Source: Selaginella moellendorffii (Eukaryota > Plantae > Lycopodiophyta). Taken from it: 64,000 nucleotides of DNA. Shown here one piece after another: positions 51,139 to 63,500 of this stretch. Each line of letters starts with the position of its first letter. Position 1 is the stretch's first letter. The notes beneath the pieces are model-generated. The model had not been told where the DNA came from, did no database searches, and was given only the letters and a program-made list of their open reading frames with translations. The stretch is from the NCBI RefSeq assembly GCF_000143415.4, contig NW_003314329.1, positions 515,421 to 579,420 of the forward strand, given 5' to 3'. The translations under genes were made by a program, and so were the position numbers.

Positions 51139-51484
51139 GCTTATGCCAATTTTGTGAATGTGAAATTTCACGTGGGTGTCAATAGCATGTTTGAATAATG
51201 GCATGTGGCCTCATGCTATTGAGGTTGTTTGGTATGTTATGATTTAGGCCATTCTCCAATCATTTTTTGTATGGTCTTAACTTCTTTTCTGCACTTTCAG
51301 AATGGCCTTCAGGGTTGGGGAAAAGGTTTACATTTTGAATGGTGGGAAGAGAGTTGCAAAAGGGACCCTTGTGTCTATGGATCGGAACTTTGTTATACAC
51401 TGTCAAAGGCTTGGGGAAGGCAATGCTGCTGTATCAGTAGAGACTGTCTTCGATGGGAATGTGGTCGCTATTGAACGAGGAGAG

Positions 51485-54400
51485 TGTAAGCCACAAATTT
51501 TTCCTTTCCACTTTGCCAGCTTACCTCGCCTATCCGTCCAACACTGCCTTGGCTTTTGCTAAGTTCCCTCGCCAAGGTTCTCGCCTATGGTACCAGCTCC
51601 TACTTGGTTTCAGCTACTCACTGCACGAGCACCGGAGTGTTAGCCATCCTTCCACGGATTCCCAAATCACTCCCAATCCCCCTCCCCGGGTTAGACTGGA
51701 CTTAAGGTTCGGCTACACTCCCCACAAGCACAAGCAGCCAAGCACACCAAGCTTCCAGGTTCCTAACATCCCTTGGTACCACAAGACTTGATCATGGGAC
51801 CCTCTAAATCCCAAGTCTTGAGTGCAACACTTGCTTCGGGACGCCGGGGCGAAACACCGTGGCCTAGCGGCCCGGTATGGGTACCTCTCGCCCCCCACTT
51901 CCATCCCGAAGGAAGGCCCAAGCCCCTAGGAAGGGCGAGGACCAATGAGCCACATGGTACTCAAGTGGGGCACCACTCCACATGAGCCGGGAGCACCGCA
52001 ATCGGTTTCCCTTTCGGGAGTGGGAGCTGCTCTTGAGCACTTCCTTGGATGGCCCCTCTGGCACCAGCCAAGTCCATGCTCACTCCCACCCAAGGCCCCT
52101 CGGTCCCAGTCCCAACCTCAAGTCAGTTTGGAAGCCCAACTGGAGAGTCCCTTCAAAACTGGTTCCTGGACCTCACTATCCCTACTATACTTTTGGAACC
52201 CCCTGCAGCCCCCCCCCCCTTGGGAGACGCACGCTTTGGGCTTTCACCCCTTGACCCGTATTAGTATTTGGACTTAGTCTCTGGCTCGATCTCGGACCCG
52301 ATTTCGGATCCGACTTCGGATTCGGGTTCGGACTCGATCACGGACTCGATCTCGGACCCGATCTCGGACCCGACCTCGGACTCGACCTCGGACTCGGTCT
52401 TGGACCCGATTTCAGATCTCGGACTCCGTCTCGAACTCGGTCTCGAACTCGGACTCGAACTCGGTCCCTGAGTCGGTCTCGGACTCGATTCCGGACTCTA
52501 TCTCGAACTCGGTCCTAGAGTCGGTCTTGGACTTGATCCTCGACTTGGTCCCATCCGATGAACTCTTTGTCATTTCGGTCAAGCTTTTTGGGGATCCTTT
52601 TAGCCTACGACATCTCGGGGAGTCGGTTCCTTACAACTCCACCACCCATAGAAGAAGTTCGATGCCCACATCGAACGTCTCGTTTTATCCTACGACTTGT
52701 TGTCCATGTCTCCGGGGGCATCCCCCCACTTAGCGGTGTGCCTAAGTTAGCCTCCCCGGCCAAGAGCCCATGACAACGGAGTATAGGTGTCCCTATACTC
52801 CTCACCTCACCACGCCCTAGTATAGGGTCGGGACTTGAACCCAGCCTTGCTTTACTAGGGGGTTGGGACTCGAACCCAACCTCCGTAGAATACGTCTACA
52901 GATTCGACATCCCCGCGGGGAGTCGGGCGTAGTGCCCTACGCCTGGTCGACCTATCCAACCCATGCTAATTAGCTTACCTTTGGCGCGCCTTCGGGTCCC
53001 AACATATTGCACTTGCTCAACTTTGCAAATTGATATTTTTAATTGAATTTTGCATAAGTACATAGAGTTCTGCCTTGCAGAAATTCCTCCACTAGTTCTC
53101 GAGCGTTCGTTAGGTTCTCCTCCGGTTCCCATGTTGCTTCGCAGTGTGGAAATCCTTTCCACTTCACATGGAACTCTCTCACCTCGCGTCCTTGTCGCTT
53201 GCTCTTGCGCGCATTGAGGATGGCCTCGACTTCGTATTCCTCTTCCTCTTGGATAACCTCAGGTAAAGGTCTCACTTGGTCCTTGCGAAGCGGATCCTCA
53301 AAGTACGGCTTGAGTAAGTTCACGTGGAACACTGGGTGCATCTTCCCCATCTCTCGAGGAAGTCGGAGTCGGTAAGCCACTTTACCGATTCGTGCCTCAA
53401 TTTCATAAGGCCCCGCGAACCTGCTTAAGGAACTCAAGATCAATTCATTTACAGGAATACATGCATCTTTACCTTTGGGTCAACTTTCGGCTGATCCCAC
53501 TTGGTAGTCTGAGGTTCTTGGTGTTCAGCCACACCTTCTCCCCAGCTTGGAACTCCACATCCCGACGCTTTTGGTTCGCGTACTTAGTTTGCCTTTGTTG
53601 AGCCCGTTCCAAGGAATCCCTCACTAGATTCCAAATGTTGAGTCTTTCCGCCGTGAATGCCTCCACTGCGGGTAACTCTCCATGATACTCGGCCACGCCG
53701 AGTTCCACAGGACCTTCAATAGCTCGCCCATTGATGACTTCCCATGGACTCACCCCGATGCTTGCGTGTGGTGAGTTGTTATAACACATTTCCGCAAGTC
53801 CCAAATGACTTACCCAGTCGGTCTGGTCTCCCGAGACATAGCATCGCAAATAATCCTCCAGCTGCCTATTCACCCTTTCCGTTTGTCCGTCTGTCAAGAA
53901 GTGTTAGTGCCATCAATCTTGACTTAATACCCATTACCTGTCTGTGGGTGATAGGCTGTGCTGAATTTCAATTTGGTGCGATACTGTTCTAGGAGTGTCC
54001 TCCAGAACCTACTAGTGAAGATCTTATCTCGATCTGAGATAATCTCTTCCGGCCTTCCCCGCACTCGAACCACTTGTTCGAAGAACAGCTTCGCCACACC
54101 TTCCGCATCCACTTCCGTTGTGGTGGGTATGAAATGTGCCATTATCGAAAATCGGTCCACCACCACGAATATCGCATCAAACCCCTCGCTTGGGGGGAGT
54201 CCCGTGATGAAGTCCATCGTAAGACATTTCCACGGGCGATCTAGAATGGGGATGCTTTGCAACAAGCCCCCACTAGCCTTAGTCACGGCTTTTACCTGCT
54301 GACATGTTGGGCATGTCTTTACATAGTCTTGGACGTCCTTAGCCATATCTGGCCAATGGTACTTCCTTTTGAGTAAGCCCATTGTCTTGGGCACTCCGCC

Positions 54401-57400
54401 GTGTCCCGCAAGAGGTCCGTCATGACACTCTTCTAAGGCCACCTTCCTTAGTTCCCCTTCTGGAACATACACCCTCGTTTGCTTGTAATAAATGAGTCCG
54501 TTGCGTTCCGCATAGCCCGTTTTCTCTTCCGTTGGCAGCTCACCTCTCTGGTGAGCTTCCCGCGCCTCTAGATTCCTCAGCAACACTTCCTGTGCTAGAC
54601 CATCGTTCTCATATGCTGTCCGCACATCGTCCCAAAAGGTTGCTGTTGCGCTGGATATTGCCAACCTCAAGCTCGCTTTTCGACTTAGCGCATCTGCCAC
54701 GATGTTGCTCTTCCCAGGCTTGTACAGAATTTCGCAATCAAACTCGGCCAAGGCATTGGCCCACCGACCTTGTTTCCCTCTTAGGTCGGGCTGTGACAAG
54801 AAGTGTTTCGTTGCCACATTGTCCGTGTAAACCTTGAAGTGTCTCCCAAGGTAGTGTCGCCACTCCTTGAGCGCCTTGACCACCGCAAACAATTCCTTCT
54901 CGTGGGCAGGCCACTTCCGTTGAGCCTTGTCCAGCTTCTTCAAGAAGAACGCTACCGGATGGTTGTCTTGCTTTAAAACTGCGCCCAACGCAAAGTCCGA
55001 AGCATCCGTTTCTACCTCAAAGTCCTTACCAAAGTCTGGTAATGCCAATACGGGAGCCTTCCTCAACTTCCCTTTGAGGTGGACGAATGCCGCCTCGCAT
55101 TCCGCTGTCCACACCATCTTCCCTTTTCCTGTTTGGTCCGTTAAGGGCAGGGCTACTCTCGAATAGTGTCTGATAAACTTTCGATAGTAGTTGCATAGCC
55201 CCAGGAATGCCCTCAACTCATGTACATTGGATGGTCGCTCCCATTCCTGGATCGCTTGGACCTTCTCCGGGTCCACCTTGAGCCCGTCCTGGCCCACCAC
55301 ATGCCCGAGAAACTTTACCTCTTGTTGAGCAAAGTCACATTTGCTCTCTTTAGCATACAGTTTGTGTTCCCTTAGTTTCTCAAACACCTTCGCCAAGTGT
55401 TCAGCATGCTCCTCTAGCGTCTCGCTATAGATCAGGATGTCGTCAATATAGACGACCACGAAGTGATCCAGATAGGGTACAAAGATGTGGTTCATCAACG
55501 CCGAAAACGTTGCCGGCGCATTGCACAGCCCAAAGGGCATCACTAGAAACTCAAAGCTCCCATACCTTGTTCGACAGGTTGTCTTCTCGACATCTTCCTC
55601 AGCTACCCTGATCTGGTAGTATCCTGACCTTAGGTCAATCCTCGAGAAGTATTTTGCCTTTCCCAACCTATCGAACAGGTCCTCAATCCTTGGCAAAGGG
55701 TACTTGTTCTTCTTTGTATACTTGTTGAGCAAGCGGTAGTCTATGCACATGCGCATAGATCCATCTTTCTTTTTCACAAATAACACCGGCGCCCCATACG
55801 GCGACTTGCTCAACCTAACATACCCTTTGTCCACCAACTCCTCTAGTTGGCACTTGAGCTCCTTGAGTTCTTTTTCGTTCAAACGATAAGGGGGACGAAC
55901 CACTGCCTCAACACCCTCGACCAGCTCAATCTTATGTTCTATCGGTCGTGCTGGGGGCAGCCCCGCCGGTAGCTCCTCCGGCATGGTATCCTGGAATTGG
56001 TCCAACACCCGTTGGATCACTAAAGGTACTTCTTCCATTCCTGTCTTTCTGTCACTCTTCACCGAGAGTAAGCACAAAAAGGCCGCCTTAGTTCCCTTAG
56101 TGAGTTGTCCTCTCATAGACACCAGGTTTAAGCAGGAATCTTTGGCCTTGCTTTGCCCTACCTTTAGATCTTGGGCCTCCACCCTAGATCTTCTTCCTTG
56201 GGCATTCGCCAGTACCACAAGGTTTCTACCTTGACCATGCAGGGCTACCACGAATCGATTGAACCAGTCCATTCCGAAGATCACGTCAAATCCCGCCATG
56301 TCCAACACGGTGAAATCCATGTCCACCTTCCAAGTCCCCACTTCGACTCTCGCTTGTCGAAGTACCTCATCGGTGCTTTGGCTACCTTGAACAAACTCTA
56401 TAGTCCTTGGTTCGCCTAGCCGCTGCACCGTTAGTCCGGCTTGCCGGACTATGTCTGCAGCCACAAAATTATCCGAAGCACCCGTGTCAATAAGGATCTT
56501 AACAAAGCTACCTCCGAGCTTCCCTCGGAGGGCTAGTAGATGTCGCGAACGACTCTCTACCAAAGTTGCTCGTGTAATGAGTAACTTTGAGTTAAGGACT
56601 GGATCACATACCTCATTTTGGACTTCACCCGACTTGATGGCCATATTGGCTCTGGCCTTCTTCGGGTAGGGACATTCCCTCGAGAAGTGTCCCGCTTCAC
56701 CGCAGTTGTAACATACGTTGTTTCCCACGCTGCTATATGACTTGACCTTCTTATCCGTGGGTTTGTCTCTTTTCGCCTGACTCCCCCACGTACTCGCTCG
56801 CTGGCCCCCGGATTTGCCTTTCCGGAACCCCGAGGACTCATTCTTAGAGAAACTCCTCTTGAATTTCCCTCTGCTAAACGTTCCCCTTGGTTTGGCCCCT
56901 TTGCTGAACGTGGATCCCGACCCCGTCGTGTTCCCCTTTCGCAGGTTATCGTTGAAATGCACCTTGATGGCCGCATCCAACGCTTCTTTGTAGTTGGTCG
57001 GGTTCCACCGCATTACTTCACCGCGAGCCCAGGTTTGCAAACCTGATATGAAGGCATGGAACGCATCCATATCCCCCATGTCCGTGACAAGTATCCTCTT
57101 TGCCATAAACCCATTCACATACTCCTGAATGGTTCCGGTCTGCTTCAGCCTACTCAGCTCGTCCCTTAGATGCAGAGTAGCATTCGGAGGAATGTAAGTT
57201 GCGCGGATCCTCGCCTTCATCATTTCCCAAGTGGCCACCAGTCCTTCGTTGGCCTCTGTCGTTCTCCACCAAGACTTGGCATTATCTGCCAAGTATGGTT
57301 TCGCACATGGGACCTTCTCCGAGCTTGGTAATCGCAACGCTCGGAAGTAGTCCTCCATATCGTAGAACCAATCCTCCACCACCTTATAGTCGTTCACTCC

Positions 57401-59975
57401 CTTGAAGACCGGTGGGGGCTTTGGTTTGTACTTGGGAACTGCCTGAGGGACTGATTCCACTTCGGTCTGTTCGACCTTGTCTGGTTTTGCCTCAGTCCCT
57501 GCCGAAGGGTCCGCACCTTCTGCGCTGCCAGCATCCGCAGTCTTTCGCTTTTTCTTCCGCTTCTCGTCACGCTTTAGCTTGCATACGAGAGTCTCTAGCA
57601 GGGCATTGGTCTGTGCCAATTGTCCTTCTAGGACATCCAATCGAGCCTTGGACGACCGAACCTCACCACCAGACTCCTGTTTGGAAGTTGCCTCACTGGA
57701 GTCCTCCTCATGCAAGGATTCCTCATCCATCGCCTCCTGTTCGACCGGAGGCTCCAGCTCTGGAGGAGGTTCCGTCTCTGCCTGGGTTCGCTTACGTCCT
57801 GCCCTTGCCATCTCCCAGCAATCCGCCTCTATCCTTCGCTAGAACTGAGGAAGAGGCTCCGATACCAAATTGTAAGCCACAAATTTTTCCTTTCCACTTT
57901 GCCAGCTTACCTCGCCTATCCGTCCAACACTGCCTTGGCTTTTGCTAAGTTCCCTCGCCAAGGTTCTCGCCTATGGTACCAGCTCCTACTTGGTTTCAGC
58001 TACTCACTGCACGAGCACCGGAGTGTTAGCCATCCTTCCACGGATTCCCAAATCACTCCCAATCCCCCTCCCCGGGTTAGACTGGACTTAAGGTTCGGCT
58101 ACACTCCCCACAAGCACAAGCAGCCAAGCACACCAAGCTTCCAGGTTCCTAACATCCCTTGGTACCACAAGACTTGATCATGGGACCCTCTAAATCCCAA
58201 GTCTTGAGTGCAACACTTGCTTCGGGACGCCGGGGCGAAACACCGTGGCCTAGCGGCCCGGTATGGGTACCTCTCGCCCCCCACTTCCATCCCGAAGGAA
58301 GGCCCAAGCCCCTAGGAAGGGCGAGGACCAATGAGCCACATGGTACTCAAGTGGGGCACCACTCCACATGAGCCGGGAGCACCGCAATCGGTTTCCCTTT
58401 CGGGAGTGGGAGCTGCTCTTGAGCACTTCCTTGGATGGCCCCTCCGGCACCAGCCAAGTCCATGCTCACTCCCACCCAAGGCCCCTCGGTCCCAGTCCCA
58501 ACCTCAAGTCAGTTTGGAAGCCCAACTGGAGAGTCCCTTCAAAACTGGTTCCTGGACCTCACTATCCCTACTATACTTTTGGAACCCCCTGCAGCCCCCC
58601 CCCCCTTGGGAGACGCACGCTTTGGGCTTTCACCCCTTGACCCGTATTAGTATTTGGACTTAGTCTCTGGCTCGATCTCGGACCCGATTTCGGATCCGAC
58701 TTCGGATTCGGGTTCGGACTCGATCACGGACTCGATCTCGGACCCGATCTCGGACCCGACCTCGGACTCGACCTCGGACTCGGTCTTGGACCCGATTTCA
58801 GATCTCGGACTCCGTCTCGAACTCGGTCTCGAACTCGGACTCGAACTCGGTCCCTGAGTCGGTCTCGGACTCGATTCCGGACTCTATCTCGAACTCGGTC
58901 CTAGAGTCGGTCTTGGACTTGATCCTCGACTTGGTCCCATCCGATGAACTCTTTGTCATTTCGGTCAAGCTTTTTGGGGATCCTTTTAGCCTACGACATC
59001 TCGGGGAGTCGGTTCCTTACAACTCCACCACCCATAGAAGAAGTTCGATGCCCACATCGAACGTCTCGTTTTATCCTACGACTTGTTGTCCATGTCTCCG
59101 GGGGCATCCCCCCACTTAGCGGTGTGCCTAAGTTAGCCTCCCCGGCCAAGAGCCCATGACAACGGAGTATAGGTGTCCCTATACTCCTCACCTCACCACG
59201 CCCTAGTATAGGGTCGGGACTTGAACCCAGCCTTGCTTTACTAGGGGGTTGGGACTCGAAACCAACCTCCGTAGAATACGTCTACAGATTCGACATCCCC
59301 GCGGGGAGTCGGGTGTAGTGCCCTACGCCTGGTCGACCTATCCAACCCATGCTAATTAGCTTACCTTTGGCGCGCCTTCGGGTCCCAACATATTGCACTT
59401 GCTCAACTTTGCAAATTGATATTTTTAATTGAATTTTGCATAAGTACATAGAGTTCTGCCTTGCAGAAATTCCTCCACTAGTTCTCGAGCGTTCGTTAGG
59501 TTCTCCTCTGGTTCCCATGTTGCTTCGCAGTGTGGAAATCCTTTCCACTTCACATGGAACTCTCTCACCTCGCGTCCTTGTCGCTTGCTCTTGCGCGCAT
59601 TGAGGATGGCCTCGACTTCGTATTCCTCTTCCCCTTGGATAACCTCAGGTAAAGGTCTCACTTGGTCCTTGCGAAGCGGATCCTCAAAGTACGGCTTGAG
59701 TAAGTTCACGTGGAACACTGGGTGCATCTTCCCCATCTCTCGAGGAAGTCGGAGTCGGTAAGCCACTTTACCGATTCGTGCCTCAATTTCATAAGGCCCC
59801 GCGAACCTGCTTAAGGAACTCAAGATCAATTCATTTACAGGAATACATGCATCTTTACCTTTGGGTCAACTTTCGGCTGATCCCACTTGGTAGTCTGAGG
59901 TTCTTGGTGTTCAGCCACACCTTCTCCCCAGCTTGGAACTCCACATCCCGGGAAGTCCAAACTCAGGAGCTTACA
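51485..59975 (-). mobile_element. Element F: young E-family chromovirus with an extra tandem partial unit
   Basis: LTRs 51485-52635 and 57871-59021 (one difference noticed). Duplicated PPT/3' tail at 59022-59950, then a 25-bp foreign terminus ending ttaca. TSD GAGAG at 51480-51484 and 59976-59980. Confidence 0.9.
53039..57811 (-). CDS. gag-pol: Apparently intact gag-PR-RT-RH-IN-chromodomain polyprotein; exons 57811-53938, 53890-53473 and 53420-53039
   Basis: 1295-aa ORF with [24 protein letters not shown], RNase H, HHCC and ISDRD. Removing 53891-53937 and 53421-53472 restores [12 protein letters not shown] and KLTQRFAGPY and leads into a chromodomain. Confidence 0.9.
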
Positions 59976-60525
59976 GAGAGATGGTCGTCGGGGTAAATGT
60001 TGTTGTTGCCTTGAAAAATCTTTAGAAGAAAGAAGATGTTGGGGACAGCACAAGTGCGACGCATGTTCCCTCCGTGGATCTTAAGAACCATGCTACATGG
60101 ATTCAGGCAAAGGTGTTTCTAAACAACCCCGAGGGGGAGGTGGTACCTGAGGGCTTAGCCACAGTTGTCGATCCAAGAGATGCGGTTGCTAATCAAGAAT
60201 TGGGCTAGGATGATATTGGAGTTGCGATTTTAGAGGTTGTTGACACAGAAGAAAACAGTCTGACTATTAGAAGCATTGTGCGGTGGAAATTGAGGCACTT
60301 AGTGTTTGAGAATGTGAAGGATTCACAATCAAACACCACTACAACTGATGACAGAACATCTCTTCATGGGAAAAGAAAGTACACCTTCCTAGAGCGCAGC
60401 CAAAAGGATCTGAGCAACGAACCGAAAAGGCAGAAAATGGCGATGGAGGTTCGAATGGTCTTGACAGTTGCTTGTTGCAAGAGGAGGTGCTGTCAACATG
60501 CTGATTGGGATGCTATTGAAGAGGA

Positions 60526-63500
60526 TGTGAGACACAGAATCCCTAGGCCCCAAAGTGGAGCCAGAAAGGGTGCCACGTGGTAGTGGCCGAAGCGAAAGCC
60601 CAAACGAGTGTAACACATTTGGACTAAAAGCTCTGACTTGGAAGGTCGAGAGCGGGAGTGGAACTCCCAACAAAGTGCTCAAGGAGTGAGCACGAAGCGA
60701 GCAATAAGCAAGGCTCCAAAAAGGGACCCAAAAAGGACCAACACATGACACGTGGAAGTGTCCGAGGCGGACCCTAGTTGGAGTCCGAGATGGACCCGAA
60801 GTGGAGTCCGATATGGAGTCCGAAGTGGAGTCCGAGATGGAGTCTGATATGGAGTCCGAGATGGACCCGAAGTGGTGACCGAGATGGAGTTTGATATGGA
60901 GTCCGAGATGGACCCGAAGTGGAGTCCGAGATGGAGTCCGAGATGGAGTCCGAGATGGACCCGAGATGGAGTCCGAAATGGAGTCCGAGATGGAGTCCGA
61001 GGTGGACCGAGACGGAGTCCGAGATGGACCCGAGATGGAGTCCGAGATGGACTGAGACGGAGTCCGAGATGGAGTCCGAGATGGAATCCGAGATGAAGTC
61101 CGACATGGACTGAGACGGAGTCCGAAATGGAGTCCAAGATGGAGTCCGAGAAGGACCCGAGATGGAGTCCGAGGTCGAGACCGAGACCGGGACCGAGACC
61201 GAGACCGAGACCGAGACCGGGATCGGGACCGAGACCGAGACCGAGGCCAAGGCTGAGACCGAGCCCGAGTCCGAGTCCGAGTCTGAGTCCGAGTCCGAGT
61301 TCGAGTCTGAGAGGGTGAAAGCCCAAAGCGTTCGTCTCCCAGACCCTGGGGGGTTTGGTGAGCTCCAAAAGTATAGTAAGGGGGAGGACTGCAGTGGAGC
61401 CAGTTTGGCCAGGAAAGGCCAGTTTGGCCCAGGAAGGCCAGACCCAGTGTTGGGTGATGAACTCACCACTGGGAAGTCCAAGACTAGAGTGAACACGGAC
61501 CGACAAGCGGGGTAGCTTGGTGAAGTGTTCAAGAGCCGGCTCTAGTTCCCCCGGGAGATCGACTGGCCGATGCTCCCAGTCCAAGTGTGGGTGGCACTAC
61601 CTACTTGGATACCAGGCGTGGCTCAATGGAACCTCGCTCTAAGCCCATGGCTAGAGCACCTAAAGGCAAAAGGCAGGGAGAGTACCCAGGTGGCTTGCGT
61701 AAGGCCACGGTGTTCCGAAATGTTGTCCCAAAGGCCTAGACTGTGGAAAGGAAGAGGAGCAGTCCTCTGGGGACGTGACCAAGGACACAGTCGTGTGGTG
61801 AGGAAGTCCCACAGGACCATGGGACTTAGTGGTCGGGCCTGTGGGCCTCGATCCAGTGGCAATGTTGGCAAACACGGCCAGGGGCAGAAAGGGACTTGGT
61901 AGGAACTGACAAAGGGACTTTGGGGAAGGCGATTCCCCATATCTGTGGGCATCCTAAGGATGCTAAGGTGTGGATCTAGGATGACCACTCGTGGACAGAT
62001 GGCCCAGTCTTGGAGAGACGGGATGGTGATGCAAGTGGTATTGGACCACTAGTGCAGCAAAGGTGAATGGGCATGGCCTTAGCGTAACGGGCCGAGACGT
62101 CAGTGGTACCTTTGGGTGTCAGTCTTGGGACCGGACACGTGGAGCACTTGGACCAGGTGCAAGTGTTGAGTGGCATGGATGCCATTTTTTGGGCTAGCAA
62201 GTCCCAAGTCCTGAATTGGGCTGATGGAGGTTGTGAATGAGACTCCTCCAAGTGGTCGGAGGTGTGGTTAAGTGACTAAAGTAGAATGGAAAAATTAGTC
62301 TCTTACAACTTGGTATCGGAGTTGTTCCTTAGTCCGACTTTTATTGGTGCTCAAGTATATCACCATTGATGTTGGCATTGGAAGGTCCTAGGAGTGGGCC
62401 TATCCTTGAGGAGTAGCATGTCGAGAGGACATGGCTCTCCACTCAAGTTCATGCGTGAACTTGGGCACGATGTGGTGGATAGAAAAGGGCCAATAATAGA
62501 ACGACTTTGGGATCTTGGGAACAGTATAAGGTTTCCTCAGAGAGCTGAGGATGTGATCCAGATGAGCGTTTGATGCAGCAAACGGGCTAACGTAGTTGTG
62601 GTGAACAACTATAATTGGGATCACGGGAAAGATGTAGACTCCAAAATAATAAAGGAGTCACAAAATTACCCTCATATAGTTGAGGCCGGTGCTCATAACT
62701 TTAAGACCAGAATTGATGACCATGGGAGGTCAAATATAGGAGAGGACACAAGTCCTCGAAATGGTAGCTGAGGTTACCCTTGATAAATGCTGGAACAACA
62801 CAAGGAGTTGGGGATGTACTTAGAGGATGAGTTGGTATTCTTATCACATAGACAAGTGGTCCTAAGAGGCAAAAGGCTGCCCTAAGAGAACAAATCAAGT
62901 GTCGGAGTAACACTTGCAAAGATGGTCCTTGTGAGTAGGACCTGAATACAAGAAGTTGTATTCCAGTGAGCTGGCACCTCAAAGGTAGGACCTCATGGGT
63001 CGTCGGATGACAAAGTCCAAAAAGCTGGATGACTCCAATAGAGTCAAGGAATAATCCTAAAGGATTGATGGAAGCATTTAGACTGAGGTGTGTGGTACCC
63101 CACGAAGGATGGGGGGGATCATAAGATCCAAGGATGAGAACAGAGGGTATCTCATCGATGGCAAAATGTGCCATGCTAAAGTCGTGGGAAGGGTGTTCCC
63201 AAAAGAAAACAACTTTGAAACAAAGTTGTGTGTGACCTCTATGGTGCAGTGCTAACAGATGGTTGGCATGAGAAAGAGTGGTATTAGTCTTAGCAAAGAC
63301 TTAGACACAAAGAAGAAGTGTCATAGAGGTAGGCTCGTGGAGCCGATGGTGTGGAGACACCAAATGTGCCAAGGTGTGATACCTTGAGGCTATGTTGGTG
63401 GGTTCATGAGAACCCCTTGCCAAAGAAATCCCAATGGAAATGGGAATGGCATAGCCTAAGTTGCAGAGCATGCAGTTGGAGTGTGGTGACCCAGATAATG

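Larger units (their letters stand above)
42769..60525 (+). mobile_element. DNA transposon copy 3, in opposite orientation and nested in the transposase of copy 2; interrupted by F and G
   Basis: Begins with TIR aagctctatttcgttaaagtggga at 42769. Cargo gene on the minus strand. Transposase 5' part on the plus strand at 51302-51484 and 59981-60525, overlapping sequence already present in copy 2. Confidence 0.85.
51302..60525 (+). pseudogene. Transposase 5' part of copy 3, split by F (51485-59975) and cut by G at 60526
   Basis: MAFRVGEKVYILNGG...AIERGE resumes as MVVGVNVVVALKNL at 59981; TAG stops near 60022 and 60206. Confidence 0.85.

Noticed and set aside
42769-51484. Simple inversion within a single DNA transposon copy
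   Set aside because: Sequence next to the breakpoint is present in both parts (42630-42768 and 60383-60525), which requires two copies.
52960-53075. Third intron or alternative C-terminus after the chromodomain (AT-rich stretch, AG|GTAAGC donor-like site)
   Set aside because: No conserved protein motif to test the splice against, so boundaries cannot be supported.
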